The position numbers and the translations under genes are program-made. A stretch of 64,000 nucleotides of DNA, taken from the NCBI GenBank assembly GCA_045804645.1, contig JBJMMR010000047.1, forward strand, positions 37,713 to 101,712. Direction: 5' to 3'. This document shows positions 28,340 through 37,800 of the stretch, piece after piece (the stretch's first letter is position 1; the number at the start of each line of letters is the position of its first letter). Below the pieces are notes generated by a model. The model did not search any database. It was given only the letters and a program-made list of their open reading frames with translations, and was not told the DNA's origin. This DNA comes from Chloroflexota bacterium. Its GTDB lineage: Bacteria; Chloroflexota; Limnocylindria; Limnocylindrales; CSP1-4.

Positions 28340-29386
28340 CTATCCGGTGACCGGGTCCGCCACCTGTCGGTATGGGGTCAGGTCGATCGGCTGCAGGCGC
28401 GGTGAGTGCGTGATCCCGGGGATCCGGCCTCGCTTCGCGATCGGGCGCCCGTCGATCTCCTTGATGTCACCGGTGAAGTCGATGGGCGACGCGCCACTGA
28501 TGTAGGACCCCACCGCGTACGAGTCGACCGGCGCACCCGCCTCCTTGAAGTAGCGGACGCGATCGGGGTTCAGGCCGCCAGAGACGACGATCTTGACGTG
28601 CTGATAGCCCTCCTGGTCCAGCCGGGCTCGGATCTCCGTGACCAGATCGGCCGTGACGCGGCCCCGCTCCGACGGCGTATCGAGCCGGATGCCCCACAAC
28701 CGGTCGCCGAGCGCGTGCGCCACCCGGAGGGCCTCCTCCGCTTCGTCCTTGAATGTATCGACAAGGACGATGCGCGCGACGTCGGGTCCCAGATGGCGGT
28801 CGAACGCGAGAGCCGCCTCCACCGTGTCGCCGAAGATCAGCACGAGCGAGTGCGGCATCGTCCCCGTCGGGGCGAGGCCCGCGAGCCGGGCACCGGCAGG
28901 GGTCGACGCACCCACGCATCCACCGACGATCGCTGCATAGTCGAGGACGTCGGTGATGTCCGGATGGACGTGTCGTGCCCCGAAGCTGATGACGGGCTCG
29001 GGCGCCGCGATGTCGACGATCTCCCGTGCCGCCGTGGCCCACCCGGTCGACTGTGCCAGCATCCCGAGGAGGGCCGTCTCGTAGAGCCCGAAGCGGCGAT
29101 ATCGTGCCCGGATCCGGAGGACGACCTCACGAGGGGCGATGCGATCGCCGTCCGACAGCGCCTCGACCTGCGTCTCTGCCGGGTCGCACTCGGCGAGCAC
29201 ATGGCCCAGCAGGTTCTTCGCCTCGTCGATGCCGCACAGAACGGCCTCGCGCCGCGTGAACACCTCCATCGTGACGAGCGGATCGAGCCCCTCGGCATCG
29301 AGGATGCTCTCGGCTCTCGCGAAGTAGACGTCGGCGGAGTCGCCGGACAGGATCTCGTGGGAGGGTCGGGCTCGCTGGACACCCAT
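28340..29386 (-). CDS. pncB: nicotinate phosphoribosyltransferase (short, QPRT-fold type)
   Basis: 348 aa with the N-terminus SADVYFARAESIL and a type II PRTase barrel (GARHVHP, GTMPHS, VDTFKDE, IVVSGG). Confidence 0.8.
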   Translation of the reverse strand: MGVQRARPSHEILSGDSADVYFARAESILDAEGLDPLVTMEVFTRREAVLCGIDEAKNLLGHVLAECDPAETQVEALSDGDRIAPREVVLRIRARYRRFGLYETALLGMLAQSTGWATAAREIVDIAAPEPVISFGARHVHPDITDVLDYAAIVGGCVGASTPAGARLAGLAPTGTMPHSLVLIFGDTVEAALAFDRHLGPDVARIVLVDTFKDEAEEALRVAHALGDRLWGIRLDTPSERGRVTADLVTEIRARLDQEGYQHVKIVVSGGLNPDRVRYFKEAGAPVDSYAVGSYISGASPIDFTGDIKEIDGRPIAKRGRIPGITHSPRLQPIDLTPYRQVADPVTG

Positions 29387-29500
29387 TCAGTCGGGCTCGG
29401 CTCCTGGCGCAGGCTCCATCGGTACGACCGGCACCTCGGGTCGCGCTCTCCGCGGCTCCGGCGAGGCCGCGAGTGTAGTCGATGTGGGCAGGGATGCGGC

Positions 29501-31519
29501 TCAGGTCCGAAGTCGCGTCGCCTGCATCTTCCGGCGTCGCCGTCGTCCGCGACGGAAGCCGACGATCACGAGACCGATGAAGAACAGCAGCGCGATGACG
29601 ATGGTCGCGATGCTGAACGCGCGGCCCTGGCCCGACGGCTCGGCATCCACCCATGATGCGGCGGCCTGATCGGACGCCTCGGCAGACGCGCCGAGATCAC
29701 CGCGCGCGAAGGCCGCGCGTGCGGTCGTCAGGTCGACGTCTGGTGCCTGACCGATCAGCCCGAGCTCCATCATCGCCGTCATCTCTGCCGGTCGCTTCGA
29801 GACCGCGGTGACGTAGTGGTCGATCGCCTGTAGCTCCGCGCCGCCCTCGGCGATCGCGTCATCGAACCCGTCGTCATCCTCGAAGGCCTCGCGCAACGCC
29901 ACCGGCGGGGCGAGACCGGCGTCCGCCGCCGCCTTTTCGACCTTCGCGCGCAAGTCGAGGACCGAGGTCGCCGCGTCCATCAGTTCCGTGGCCTTGTCGA
30001 AGCGCCACGCGCGCATCGCGTCGCGGATCGACAGCGGGACCTGCCAGTCGCGCACCGCCGAAACGAACGCCAGGTACTTCGTACGTGCAGCCAGACGGGC
30101 GTCGAGAAGCGGGAGGTCGGACGGCCGCGCGACCCATGTCCGCCACAGGTCGTCATACGAGACCCCGGTGTGTTCTTCGAGCAGGTCGAGCAGCCCCCGC
30201 CAGTCGACCGCGCCGGCCACGACCTCCTCACCTCCCGCGCTTGGCTGGTACGCGCTGATCCGATCGGCGGCATCGGCCCAGACGTCGCGGAGGCCGCGGT
30301 CGCCGGCTCGCTTGGCGATCTCGCGTGCGAGCGCCAGTCCAGCGGCATACCCATAGTCCTCCTGGGGGACCGGCAGCGTGCCGACCGCGCCCCATTCGTT
30401 CAGCGGGATGCGCGCCTTCTGCAGCGCAGGCGTCAGACGATCCGCCGTGACCTTGAGCTTGAGGTCGCCGGCGGCGAGGGCTGCGTAGTACGAGGCAAAC
30501 GCTTCGTTCGACCAGCGATCCGCGAGCAATGACCCGTTGAACCACGTGTGGGCCGCCTCGTGGAGGACGACGAAGTCATCGGCGTAGTACGCGATGGCGA
30601 CCTCGCCCGCGGATGGGTCGAAGATGCCGGCGTACCCGCCCGTCGAGCGACTGACGGCCTCGCTCACGACGAGTGGCTTGTCGTAATCGGGCCACTCGAG
30701 ACCGATCCGCTCGCTGAGCGCCGGCAACCCCGTCGCGAGCAGCCGGCGGACCCGTTGTCCCCACGTCACGTCGTCGGACCACGCTCGCACCGTGACCGCC
30801 ACCTGCCGCCCGACGACGGTGGGCGTGATCGTGGTGTCTCGGTAGGCACCGGGTCGGTCCCCGACGAGGTAGGCGAAGAAGTCGAGGGGCGCCGACAACG
30901 GACCGGTGCGGAAGACGGTCCGGCCGTCCGTCAGGGTCGCCGGGGCCGCGATGTGGCCAGCTTCGACCGCGATCTGGTAGCCCTTGGGGAAGACCACGGT
31001 GACCGAGCTGCCGGGCGTCGAATCGCTGGCGAACGCCCACACCGGGAACGACACGAGCGTGTCGCCGATGCGCAGGTCCCGGGTCGCCTTCCCACCGGGA
31101 TCGCGCAGGTCGAACCGAAGGCGATACCTGGCCGTCTTGCCGCTCGACAGGTCCCGGGCGAGGTTGAGGCGCAGCAACGTATATGACGCGGTCCGTCGAG
31201 CGACGCTCACCGTCGGTCGGCCGCGGCCGCCCCAGCTCGCGCTGTACCCGGTCGCGCCGGGCAGGACGGCGAGGAAGGCGTGGTCGAAGAAGTAGCGCCT
31301 CGTCGTCGTGTCGTGGAGGCGGTTCGTCAGCGTCAGGTCCAGCGTGACGCGGACGCGATGCTGCGCGGGTTGGACGTCATAGTGGGCGTCGGAGACGATC
31401 GTGAGGTCGGGCGTGGCCGCACGGACATCGCGCGGAGCCGTGCCCGGGAGAGCGCCGGCGAGCGCGCCGACCGCCACGAGGAGCGCCAGGACGAGCCGGG
31501 CGAGACGAGCGGTGATCAC
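29501..31519 (-). CDS. M1-like (gluzincin) zinc metallopeptidase, secreted with a C-terminal membrane anchor
   Basis: HEAAHTWF plus WSNEAFASY (HExxH and NEAFA motifs), an N-terminal signal helix, and a C-terminal TM followed by an RRGRRRRRK tail. The GTG start at 31519 overlaps the upstream stop (GTGA). Confidence 0.8.
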   Translation of the reverse strand: MITARLARLVLALLVAVGALAGALPGTAPRDVRAATPDLTIVSDAHYDVQPAQHRVRVTLDLTLTNRLHDTTTRRYFFDHAFLAVLPGATGYSASWGGRGRPTVSVARRTASYTLLRLNLARDLSSGKTARYRLRFDLRDPGGKATRDLRIGDTLVSFPVWAFASDSTPGSSVTVVFPKGYQIAVEAGHIAAPATLTDGRTVFRTGPLSAPLDFFAYLVGDRPGAYRDTTITPTVVGRQVAVTVRAWSDDVTWGQRVRRLLATGLPALSERIGLEWPDYDKPLVVSEAVSRSTGGYAGIFDPSAGEVAIAYYADDFVVLHEAAHTWFNGSLLADRWSNEAFASYYAALAAGDLKLKVTADRLTPALQKARIPLNEWGAVGTLPVPQEDYGYAAGLALAREIAKRAGDRGLRDVWADAADRISAYQPSAGGEEVVAGAVDWRGLLDLLEEHTGVSYDDLWRTWVARPSDLPLLDARLAARTKYLAFVSAVRDWQVPLSIRDAMRAWRFDKATELMDAATSVLDLRAKVEKAAADAGLAPPVALREAFEDDDGFDDAIAEGGAELQAIDHYVTAVSKRPAEMTAMMELGLIGQAPDVDLTTARAAFARGDLGASAEASDQAAASWVDAEPSGQGRAFSIATIVIALLFFIGLVIVGFRRGRRRRRKMQATRLRT

Positions 31520-32100
31520 GCGTGCGTCGTGGCGCCGGGCGCACCATCGCCGCTGCCTGCAGCGGCCGCTTCGAGCTCGCCGAGGCGGCCGGCGTATCGT
31601 GCGAGGAAGGCGGCGTTGCGTGGTGTCCGGTCCGACTGGTCGGGGACCTTCCCGCCGAACCACAGCCAATCGGCGGACTCGTCGAGCAACCGGTCCGCGA
31701 TGCCGACGATCCGTGCCAGGGCGAGACCGAGCTGGTCCTCGGTCGGCGGCGTCGCGGCATCGGCGATCGGCAGTTCGACGGTCAGCAGGGGCCGCTCGTC
31801 ATCACTCACCGCGAACTTGGCGAACGGCAGCTCGTCGTTCCAGCGCAGCAGCTTCCGATACGACTTGCGGAACATGTCGTTGATCGGCGGGGCGAACTGG
31901 GCCCAGCAGATGAGCGCGAAGGTCGGGTCGAGGATGATCGTCACCCGAAGGTCGAACCGGCGGCGACCGTCGAGCACGAGATCCCAGCTGGCGATCCCAT
32001 CGCGCTCGCCCCGATCGATGGGCTCGAGACCCAGGTCGGAGAGCCAGCGCTCGACGTCGGCCGGCCGCAGCGCGGGTGCGCCGGGATCGGCGGAAGGCAT
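31516..32100 (-). CDS. YbjN-domain protein
   Basis: 194 aa with a YbjN-like pattern (W.L.LDGRRRFDL.V...P, YRKLLRWNDELPFAKFAV). Confidence 0.7.
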   Translation of the reverse strand: MPSADPGAPALRPADVERWLSDLGLEPIDRGERDGIASWDLVLDGRRRFDLRVTIILDPTFALICWAQFAPPINDMFRKSYRKLLRWNDELPFAKFAVSDDERPLLTVELPIADAATPPTEDQLGLALARIVGIADRLLDESADWLWFGGKVPDQSDRTPRNAAFLARYAGRLGELEAAAAGSGDGAPGATTHA

Positions 32101-32179
32101 GGCCCGCGGAGTCTAGCCGATTCGGTCGATCGGCCCTGCGGGACGCCCCCGCGAGGCGTCGCGCGGGTCTACGGGAGGG

Positions 32180-33520
32180 TCAGGAGCGGCCCTGCGCGGC
32201 GGCCTCCGACACGGTTTCGTCGCCGACCGCACGGCCGTGGTCATGGGCGTGGCGCACGCCGGCCTTCATCTCGACCGACTCGCCGCTCTTGATGACCTTC
32301 TTGGTCCAGTCGGAGATACGCACGTCCGCGGCGACCTTGACGTTCCGGCCGAGCCGGGTACCACGCGGGACGACGGCACGCTTCCCGACGACGGTGATAC
32401 CGGTGTTGAGTCGCGTCGGTTCCTGGCGGTTGGGCCGGTCGTCATACGGCCCCGTCCCGACGATCGCGCCTTGCCCGACGACGACCTCCTTGTCGAGGAT
32501 CGCCCGATCCACGACCGCGCCCGAGCGGATGACCGAGTCGAACATGACGATCGAGTCGCGCACCACCGCGCCGACGTCGACCCGTACGCCTGGAGAGAGG
32601 ACCGAGTTCACGACGGTGCCGTTGATGATGCAGCCATGGCTGATGAGGCTTCGGTGGACCTGGGCCGTCGGCCCGACCTTCGCGGGCGCGCGCTCCTCCG
32701 AGCGCGTGTGGATCACCCATTCGGGGTCGTACAGGTCGAGCTCGGGCTCGTCCTGAAGGAGCGCCATGTTGGCCTCCCAGAAGGACTGGATCGTCCCGAC
32801 GTCCTGCCAGAAGCCCGAATAGCGGTAGCCGAAGACCCGCGCGCCGGCGTCGAGCATCTCGGGGATGATGTGCCGCCCGAAGTCGACGCGGTCGTCCGAC
32901 AACCAGCGGCGGAGCGTCTTCTTCGAGAACACGTACACGCCCATCGACGCGAGATCGCTCTTCGGTTGCTTGGGCTTCTCCTGCCACTCGGTGACCCGGT
33001 CACCGTCGTCCATGGCCAGGATCCCCATCCGCGACGCCTCGGCGAGCGGCACCCGACGGACCGCGATCGTCACGTCGGCCCGGTGGCGCCGGTGCGCGGC
33101 GATGAACGGCTGGTAATCCATCTTGTAGATGTGGTCGCCAGCGAGGACCACGACGGTGTCCGACGGGTCGTGCTCGACGACGTTCATGTTGCGGAGGACC
33201 GCGTCGGCCGTCCCGCGATACCACTCGGCCACCCGCCCGCGTGACACGTATGGCTGGAGGAGCTTGACGCCGCCCTTGTTGCGGTCGAGGTCCCATGGCC
33301 GACCGAGACCGATGTGGTCGTTCAGTGAGCGTGGGTTGTACTGGGTCAGGACGACGACGTCGTGGATGTCGGAGTTGACGCAGTTCGAGAGCGTGAAGTC
33401 GATGATCCGGTACTTGCCGCCGAACGGGACCGCAGGCTTGGCACGCTCTGCCGACAGGATCGACAGGCGCTCGCCCTCGCCGCCCGCGAGGATGATCGCC
33501 ATCGTGCGCTTTGCGGCCAC
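32180..33520 (-). CDS. glgC: glucose-1-phosphate adenylyltransferase
   Basis: ILAGGEGERL, KPAVPFGGKYRIIDF and left-handed beta-helix C-terminal repeats. GTG at 33520 lies 6 nt after GGGAGG; ATG at 33502 is an alternative. Confidence 0.9.
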   Translation of the reverse strand: MAAKRTMAIILAGGEGERLSILSAERAKPAVPFGGKYRIIDFTLSNCVNSDIHDVVVLTQYNPRSLNDHIGLGRPWDLDRNKGGVKLLQPYVSRGRVAEWYRGTADAVLRNMNVVEHDPSDTVVVLAGDHIYKMDYQPFIAAHRRHRADVTIAVRRVPLAEASRMGILAMDDGDRVTEWQEKPKQPKSDLASMGVYVFSKKTLRRWLSDDRVDFGRHIIPEMLDAGARVFGYRYSGFWQDVGTIQSFWEANMALLQDEPELDLYDPEWVIHTRSEERAPAKVGPTAQVHRSLISHGCIINGTVVNSVLSPGVRVDVGAVVRDSIVMFDSVIRSGAVVDRAILDKEVVVGQGAIVGTGPYDDRPNRQEPTRLNTGITVVGKRAVVPRGTRLGRNVKVAADVRISDWTKKVIKSGESVEMKAGVRHAHDHGRAVGDETVSEAAAQGRS

Positions 33521-33656
33521 GGCCTGCCTCCCGGACGCTCTGGGGGTCCTGTTTTTCGATGCTAGCACGCGGTTCGGTGAAGGCTCAGCACGCCCGCTGT
33601 CAACGCTCCGTGAACGCTGCATCCTGCATTCGGGGCCCGCGGCGCGCGGCACCGAC

Positions 33657-34991
33657 CTAGATGAACAGCCTCGGATTCACGAAGTCGTCGTTCAACTCGA
33701 CCATCCAGTGAAGGTGCGCACCGGTCGCATGGCCCGTGCTCCCCTCGTATCCGATGATCTGGCCCTTCTTGACGCTCTGCCCGACGTCGACCGGTCGCTT
33801 CGGCTGCATGTGCGCGTACCACGTGCGGAGGTTCCCGGCGTGGGCGATCACCACGATCCACGCAGGATCCGAACCGTCGGCCCAGTTCCAGCCGACGTAG
33901 ACCACCTGGCCACCGGCCGCCGCGCGGATCGGCGTTCCGTACGCCCCGACGAGGTCGATCCCGTTGTGGAAGTGAGCGCATCCGTGACCCGGGGCGTAAT
34001 ACTCGAACGTGCTGCAGCCGTACTCACCGCTCACGGTGAAGTTGTCCATGGGCCAGCGCATCGACCCGTTGAACTTGCTCGGGATGTTGCCCTTGGCCAC
34101 CTGTCGGCGGATGAGATCTTCGATGTGCGACTGGAGCTTCTTCTGATCGGCCGCGGCGCGGCGGATGATCGCCGCGGCGTTGCGCTTGTTGCGCGCCAGC
34201 GCGGTGTAGCGGGCCCGCTGCTCCGCGAGCGTCCGGGCGACCTGGCGCTCGAGGATCCGCAGCTCCTGCTTGGTCTCCTGGAGACCGCGCATGGCCTTGT
34301 CGAGGTCGCGCTTCTGGGCCGCCGTCTGCTGCCGCAGCGCGTTCGTCCGCACGCGGGTTTCCGCGACGGTCTGATGGATCGCCTCGAGGGTCTCCTTCGC
34401 CTTGGCGATGCCGTCGGCAAGCGCCTTGTCCTGCTCACCGACGTCGATGTAGTAGCTCATCTCGGCGAGCAGGTCGGTGAACGAGCCGCCTGAGAGGAAC
34501 GTCTCGAGCGGAGATGTCCGATCAGTGTCGTAGGCGCTGCGCACGCGGTCGGCGAGCTGGGCGCGGCGTTGGGCGAGCTCGAGCCGCTTCTCGTCTTCCT
34601 GGGCGACGACCTGGGCTAATTGCTCGTCCATGTCCGCCAGCTGGACGACGAGGTCCTTGTAGACGGCCTTCACGCGGTTGATGCGGGTCTGCATCCGGGA
34701 GATCTTCTTGCGGACGGCATCGAGGTCCGCGCCGACCTTGTTGAGCTGCGTCTTCGTGTCCGCGATCTCGGCGGCGAGCCCCTGCTGCAGATCGTTGATC
34801 GCGGAGATCTCGGCCTTCTGCTTCTCGACCCGGTCCTTGAGCGCCGCCTGCTTGGCCTTGGCGTCGGAGAGCTCGTCGGCGGAAACGGTCGGGCTGGACG
34901 CGGGCGCGCTGAGGAGCCCTGTCACGAGCGGGATCAGCAGGATGAGCGTCGGGACGTGTCGCCGGACGCGACGGCTCGGCCGGGCGCCCAT
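33657..34991 (-). CDS. M23-family peptidoglycan metalloendopeptidase with N-terminal coiled coil
   Basis: Signal peptide, a long coiled coil, and an M23 domain (HNGIDL, HAGNLRTWYAHM, GSTGHATGAHLHW). Third-position G/C drops upstream of 34991, which supports this start. Confidence 0.85.
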   Translation of the reverse strand: MGARPSRRVRRHVPTLILLIPLVTGLLSAPASSPTVSADELSDAKAKQAALKDRVEKQKAEISAINDLQQGLAAEIADTKTQLNKVGADLDAVRKKISRMQTRINRVKAVYKDLVVQLADMDEQLAQVVAQEDEKRLELAQRRAQLADRVRSAYDTDRTSPLETFLSGGSFTDLLAEMSYYIDVGEQDKALADGIAKAKETLEAIHQTVAETRVRTNALRQQTAAQKRDLDKAMRGLQETKQELRILERQVARTLAEQRARYTALARNKRNAAAIIRRAAADQKKLQSHIEDLIRRQVAKGNIPSKFNGSMRWPMDNFTVSGEYGCSTFEYYAPGHGCAHFHNGIDLVGAYGTPIRAAAGGQVVYVGWNWADGSDPAWIVVIAHAGNLRTWYAHMQPKRPVDVGQSVKKGQIIGYEGSTGHATGAHLHWMVELNDDFVNPRLFI

Positions 34992-35029
34992 CGGGTTCGA
35001 CCAACCCGTGGCTCCAGGAGTGGCGGCCT

Positions 35030-35270
35030 CTGGTGGGACCTGGCGATCCGCTCGGAACAGGCGGCGGATCACGAAGGCGACGTCATCGTGGCGAGCAGGC
35101 TCCGTAGGTCGATGCTGCCGTAACGGGGGGCACAGCACCGGGCGACGGTCACACCCGCCGGACGGGTCGCCGTCCTCGACTGGACACCGCCGCAGGACGA
35201 CGCCGGGATCCGGCTCCCCGGGATGATACCCCGTCGGGTCCAGCGTTTCGGCGGTGAAGTCTAGATGGGT
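35030..35270 (-). promoter_or_regulatory. long structured 5-prime leader; candidate ydaO-type (c-di-AMP) riboswitch
   Basis: A 357-nt non-coding leader lies upstream of a cell-wall hydrolase gene. The minus strand has CCGAAACGC, ACGGGGUAUC, CGGGGAGCC, GGCGGGUGUGACC and CGGCAGCAUCGACCUACGGAGC, which partly resemble ydaO blocks. Not validated. Confidence 0.3.
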
Positions 35271-35348
35271 AGGGCCTGTGGGTCGGATGGGCTGATGGTC
35301 ATGGGTAGTACGGGTGGGCCGCGCCGGCCGTCACCGGAGGTGGCGCCC

Positions 35349-35996
35349 CTAGACCCGGATCAGCACCGCCCAGAGGGCACCGATGATGAGGAACGGGCCG
35401 AACGGGACGAAGCTTCGTCGCCCGATCCGGCGCGTCGCGAGCAGGACGAGCAGGACGACGCCCGCCACGATCAGGCCGAACAATGTCGCGCTCAACGCAA
35501 GCTCGCCACCGAGCATGAGGCCCATCCCCGCCAGGAACTTGACATCGCCCAGCCCGAACGCGCCGGCGCCGAACGGGATCGATGGCAGGTAGAGCACCGC
35601 CGGGATGAGGACCGCCGCGAGGACCGCGACCAGCAGCGCGCCGTCGACGAGCGGGTTTCGACCCGAGAAGGCATACAGCAGCGCGAGCGGGATCACCGGC
35701 AGCGTCAGCTCATCCGGAAGGACCCTTTGATCCAGATCCGTGGCGAGCCCGACGATCAACGTCACGAACCACGCGCCGAACGCGACCAACGCGAGCGTGT
35801 CGCCGGCGAAGCGAACCGGGAGCAGACCGAACGCCAGCGCCCCACCGACCGTGCACACGAGCGTGCGCCAGTCCACGGCCCTGCCGGGCGGATGCTCCTC
35901 GTCGTGCTCCGGCCAGCGGGTCGCGAAGCGGTCGGCGCCGATGCCGAGCGCCGCCCCGGCGATCGCCAGGACGACGGCGAGGAGCTCGTTCGTCAG
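35349..35996 (-). CDS. A24-family prepilin peptidase (short type)
   Basis: Two Asp motifs (GLATDLDQRVLPD and GLGDVKFLAG) and a C-terminal VPFGPFL. No canonical start precedes TM1, so I placed the start at the in-frame CTG 35996 (CTGA overlap with the pepA stop). The track start at 36116 would overlap pepA by 124 nt. Confidence 0.7.
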   Translation of the reverse strand: MTNELLAVVLAIAGAALGIGADRFATRWPEHDEEHPPGRAVDWRTLVCTVGGALAFGLLPVRFAGDTLALVAFGAWFVTLIVGLATDLDQRVLPDELTLPVIPLALLYAFSGRNPLVDGALLVAVLAAVLIPAVLYLPSIPFGAGAFGLGDVKFLAGMGLMLGGELALSATLFGLIVAGVVLLVLLATRRIGRRSFVPFGPFLIIGALWAVLIRV

Positions 35997-37504
35997 GCGG
36001 CTCCGGCGAGCGCGAGCTCGACGAGCGTGGCGTGCGACACGCCGGTCGCACCTCGGGCCCCGAACGGGAGTGGCTTGCGGTAGTAGCCGGTCCCGGCGAT
36101 GTCGAGGTGCACCCATGGCACCTCCGCGAACTCACGCAGGAACAGCGCGCTCTTGATGAGGCCACCTTCGGCGGACCCTGCGTTCTGGAAGTCGCTGTAC
36201 CAGCTCTCCATGTCCTGGACGTAGTCCTCGATGAGCGGCAGCTGCCAGTAGCGCTCCCCTGCCCGACGCGCGGCCGCAGCGACCTGGTCATACCAGTCCT
36301 GCGGTCGACCGAAGGCGCCGGTCATCAGGTGGCCGAACGCACGCGCGACGGCGCCCGTCAGCGTCGCGACGTCGACGATGTGCGTGGCCCCGAGCCGTTC
36401 GGCGTAGACCATCGCGTCACCCAGGATCAGCCGGCCCTCGGCGTCGGTGTTGGTGATGTCGACCTTCTTGCCGTTCAACGCGGTGACGATGTCGCCTGGG
36501 CGCGTCGAGTGCGGGCCGGGCATGTTCTCGACCGCGGGCGCGACCGCGAGCAGCGGCGTCCCGGGCGCCAGTCGAGCGACGGTCTCGATCGCCGCGATGA
36601 CCGTGCACGCCCCGGCCTTGTCCATCTTCATCTCTTCCATCCGGTCCGATGGCTTGATGCTGATGCCGCCGGAGTCGAAGCAGACGCCCTTGCCGACGAT
36701 GGCGAGATGGCGGTCGAGCTTGTCGCGCTGCCCTTCCTCGCCCGAGCGCATGAGGATCATCCGTGGCGGGTTGTCCGACCCGCGGCCGACGGCCATGAAC
36801 ATGCCCATGCCGAGCTCGGTCGCCCGCTTCTCATCGATGACGTCGAACCAGAGCCCGTTGCGCTCCGCGATGGCGCGCGCCTCCTCGGCAAGGGCCTCGG
36901 GATACATCTCGTTCGCGGCACGGTTGCCGAGCGTGCGCGCGGTGTTGGCGCCCTCGCCCATGATCACGCCACGCTCGCCCGCGGCCTGGATCGCGGTCGC
37001 GTCTCCGCCCGGTGCGACGAGGATCAGCTCGTCGAGCTGTGGCGGCTTCGATTCGATCTCGGGGCGGTACAGCGCCTTGGGGTCGTACGAACCCTCGACC
37101 ACGCCGCGGGCGACGAGCTCAGCCGCCGTGGCGGCGTCACCGTCGAACCCGGACGCGCCGACGAACGGCGACAGCCAGACCGCCATCGAGTGGACGACGC
37201 GGCCGGCGAGCCGCCGCTCAGCGGTGGCGGCGACACGGACGGTCGTCTCGCGGTCGATCTCTTCGGGCGCGCCCGCGCTGACCGTCACGAGCCAGCGCGC
37301 CGGCAAACCGCCACCGCGCGTCATCGCTGTCGTCCAGCGCCTCGTGCGAAGCTCGCGGATCTCGGCAAGCGCGCGAAGCTCGCCGCCGGAGCGTCGGTCG
37401 AGCTCGTCGACCTCGCCTTCGAACGTCGGCTCGCCGACGAGCGGGATGAGAAGGACGTCAGCAGCGACGTCCCACGGCTGATCGGTGACGACACGAAGCT
37501 GCAC
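35993..37504 (-). CDS. pepA: leucyl aminopeptidase (M17)
   Basis: M17 motifs (VGKGVCFDSGG, NTDAEGRL). GTG start. Confidence 0.9.
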   Translation of the reverse strand: MQLRVVTDQPWDVAADVLLIPLVGEPTFEGEVDELDRRSGGELRALAEIRELRTRRWTTAMTRGGGLPARWLVTVSAGAPEEIDRETTVRVAATAERRLAGRVVHSMAVWLSPFVGASGFDGDAATAAELVARGVVEGSYDPKALYRPEIESKPPQLDELILVAPGGDATAIQAAGERGVIMGEGANTARTLGNRAANEMYPEALAEEARAIAERNGLWFDVIDEKRATELGMGMFMAVGRGSDNPPRMILMRSGEEGQRDKLDRHLAIVGKGVCFDSGGISIKPSDRMEEMKMDKAGACTVIAAIETVARLAPGTPLLAVAPAVENMPGPHSTRPGDIVTALNGKKVDITNTDAEGRLILGDAMVYAERLGATHIVDVATLTGAVARAFGHLMTGAFGRPQDWYDQVAAAARRAGERYWQLPLIEDYVQDMESWYSDFQNAGSAEGGLIKSALFLREFAEVPWVHLDIAGTGYYRKPLPFGARGATGVSHATLVELALAGAA

Positions 37505-37737
37505 GGTGGGTGTGATCCTCCCCGGGATGGCACGCCGCTCGCGGTGCCCCGATCGCGGCGGCTGGTCGTAGTGGGCGCAGTGTACCCGTGGCCGACCGCC
37601 CCTATCCGCCCCGGACGGGACCCTGTTGCCGGCGGGCGCCGGGGTCTGGGGCGGGCGCCGTGCCGCAGTCTCCGCGCATCGGCGCGGCGGGTCTGGCGCG
37701 CGCGGGGCGGCCCCGGCAGGCCGGGCTGCGGCTGGGT

Positions 37738-37800
37738 TCAGGGTCCCGCGGCGACCGGCGGCGCGCCGAGGGTCAGGGTCCCGCGTCGACCGGCGGCGCG
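37738..37800. repeat. 28-nt near-perfect direct repeat (period 35) spanning a gene 3-prime end
   Basis: TCAGGGTCCCGCG(G/T)CGACCGGCGGCGCG occurs at 37738-37765 and 37773-37800. The second copy contains the stop codon and the last 8 codons of the 37773 gene. Confidence 0.85.
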
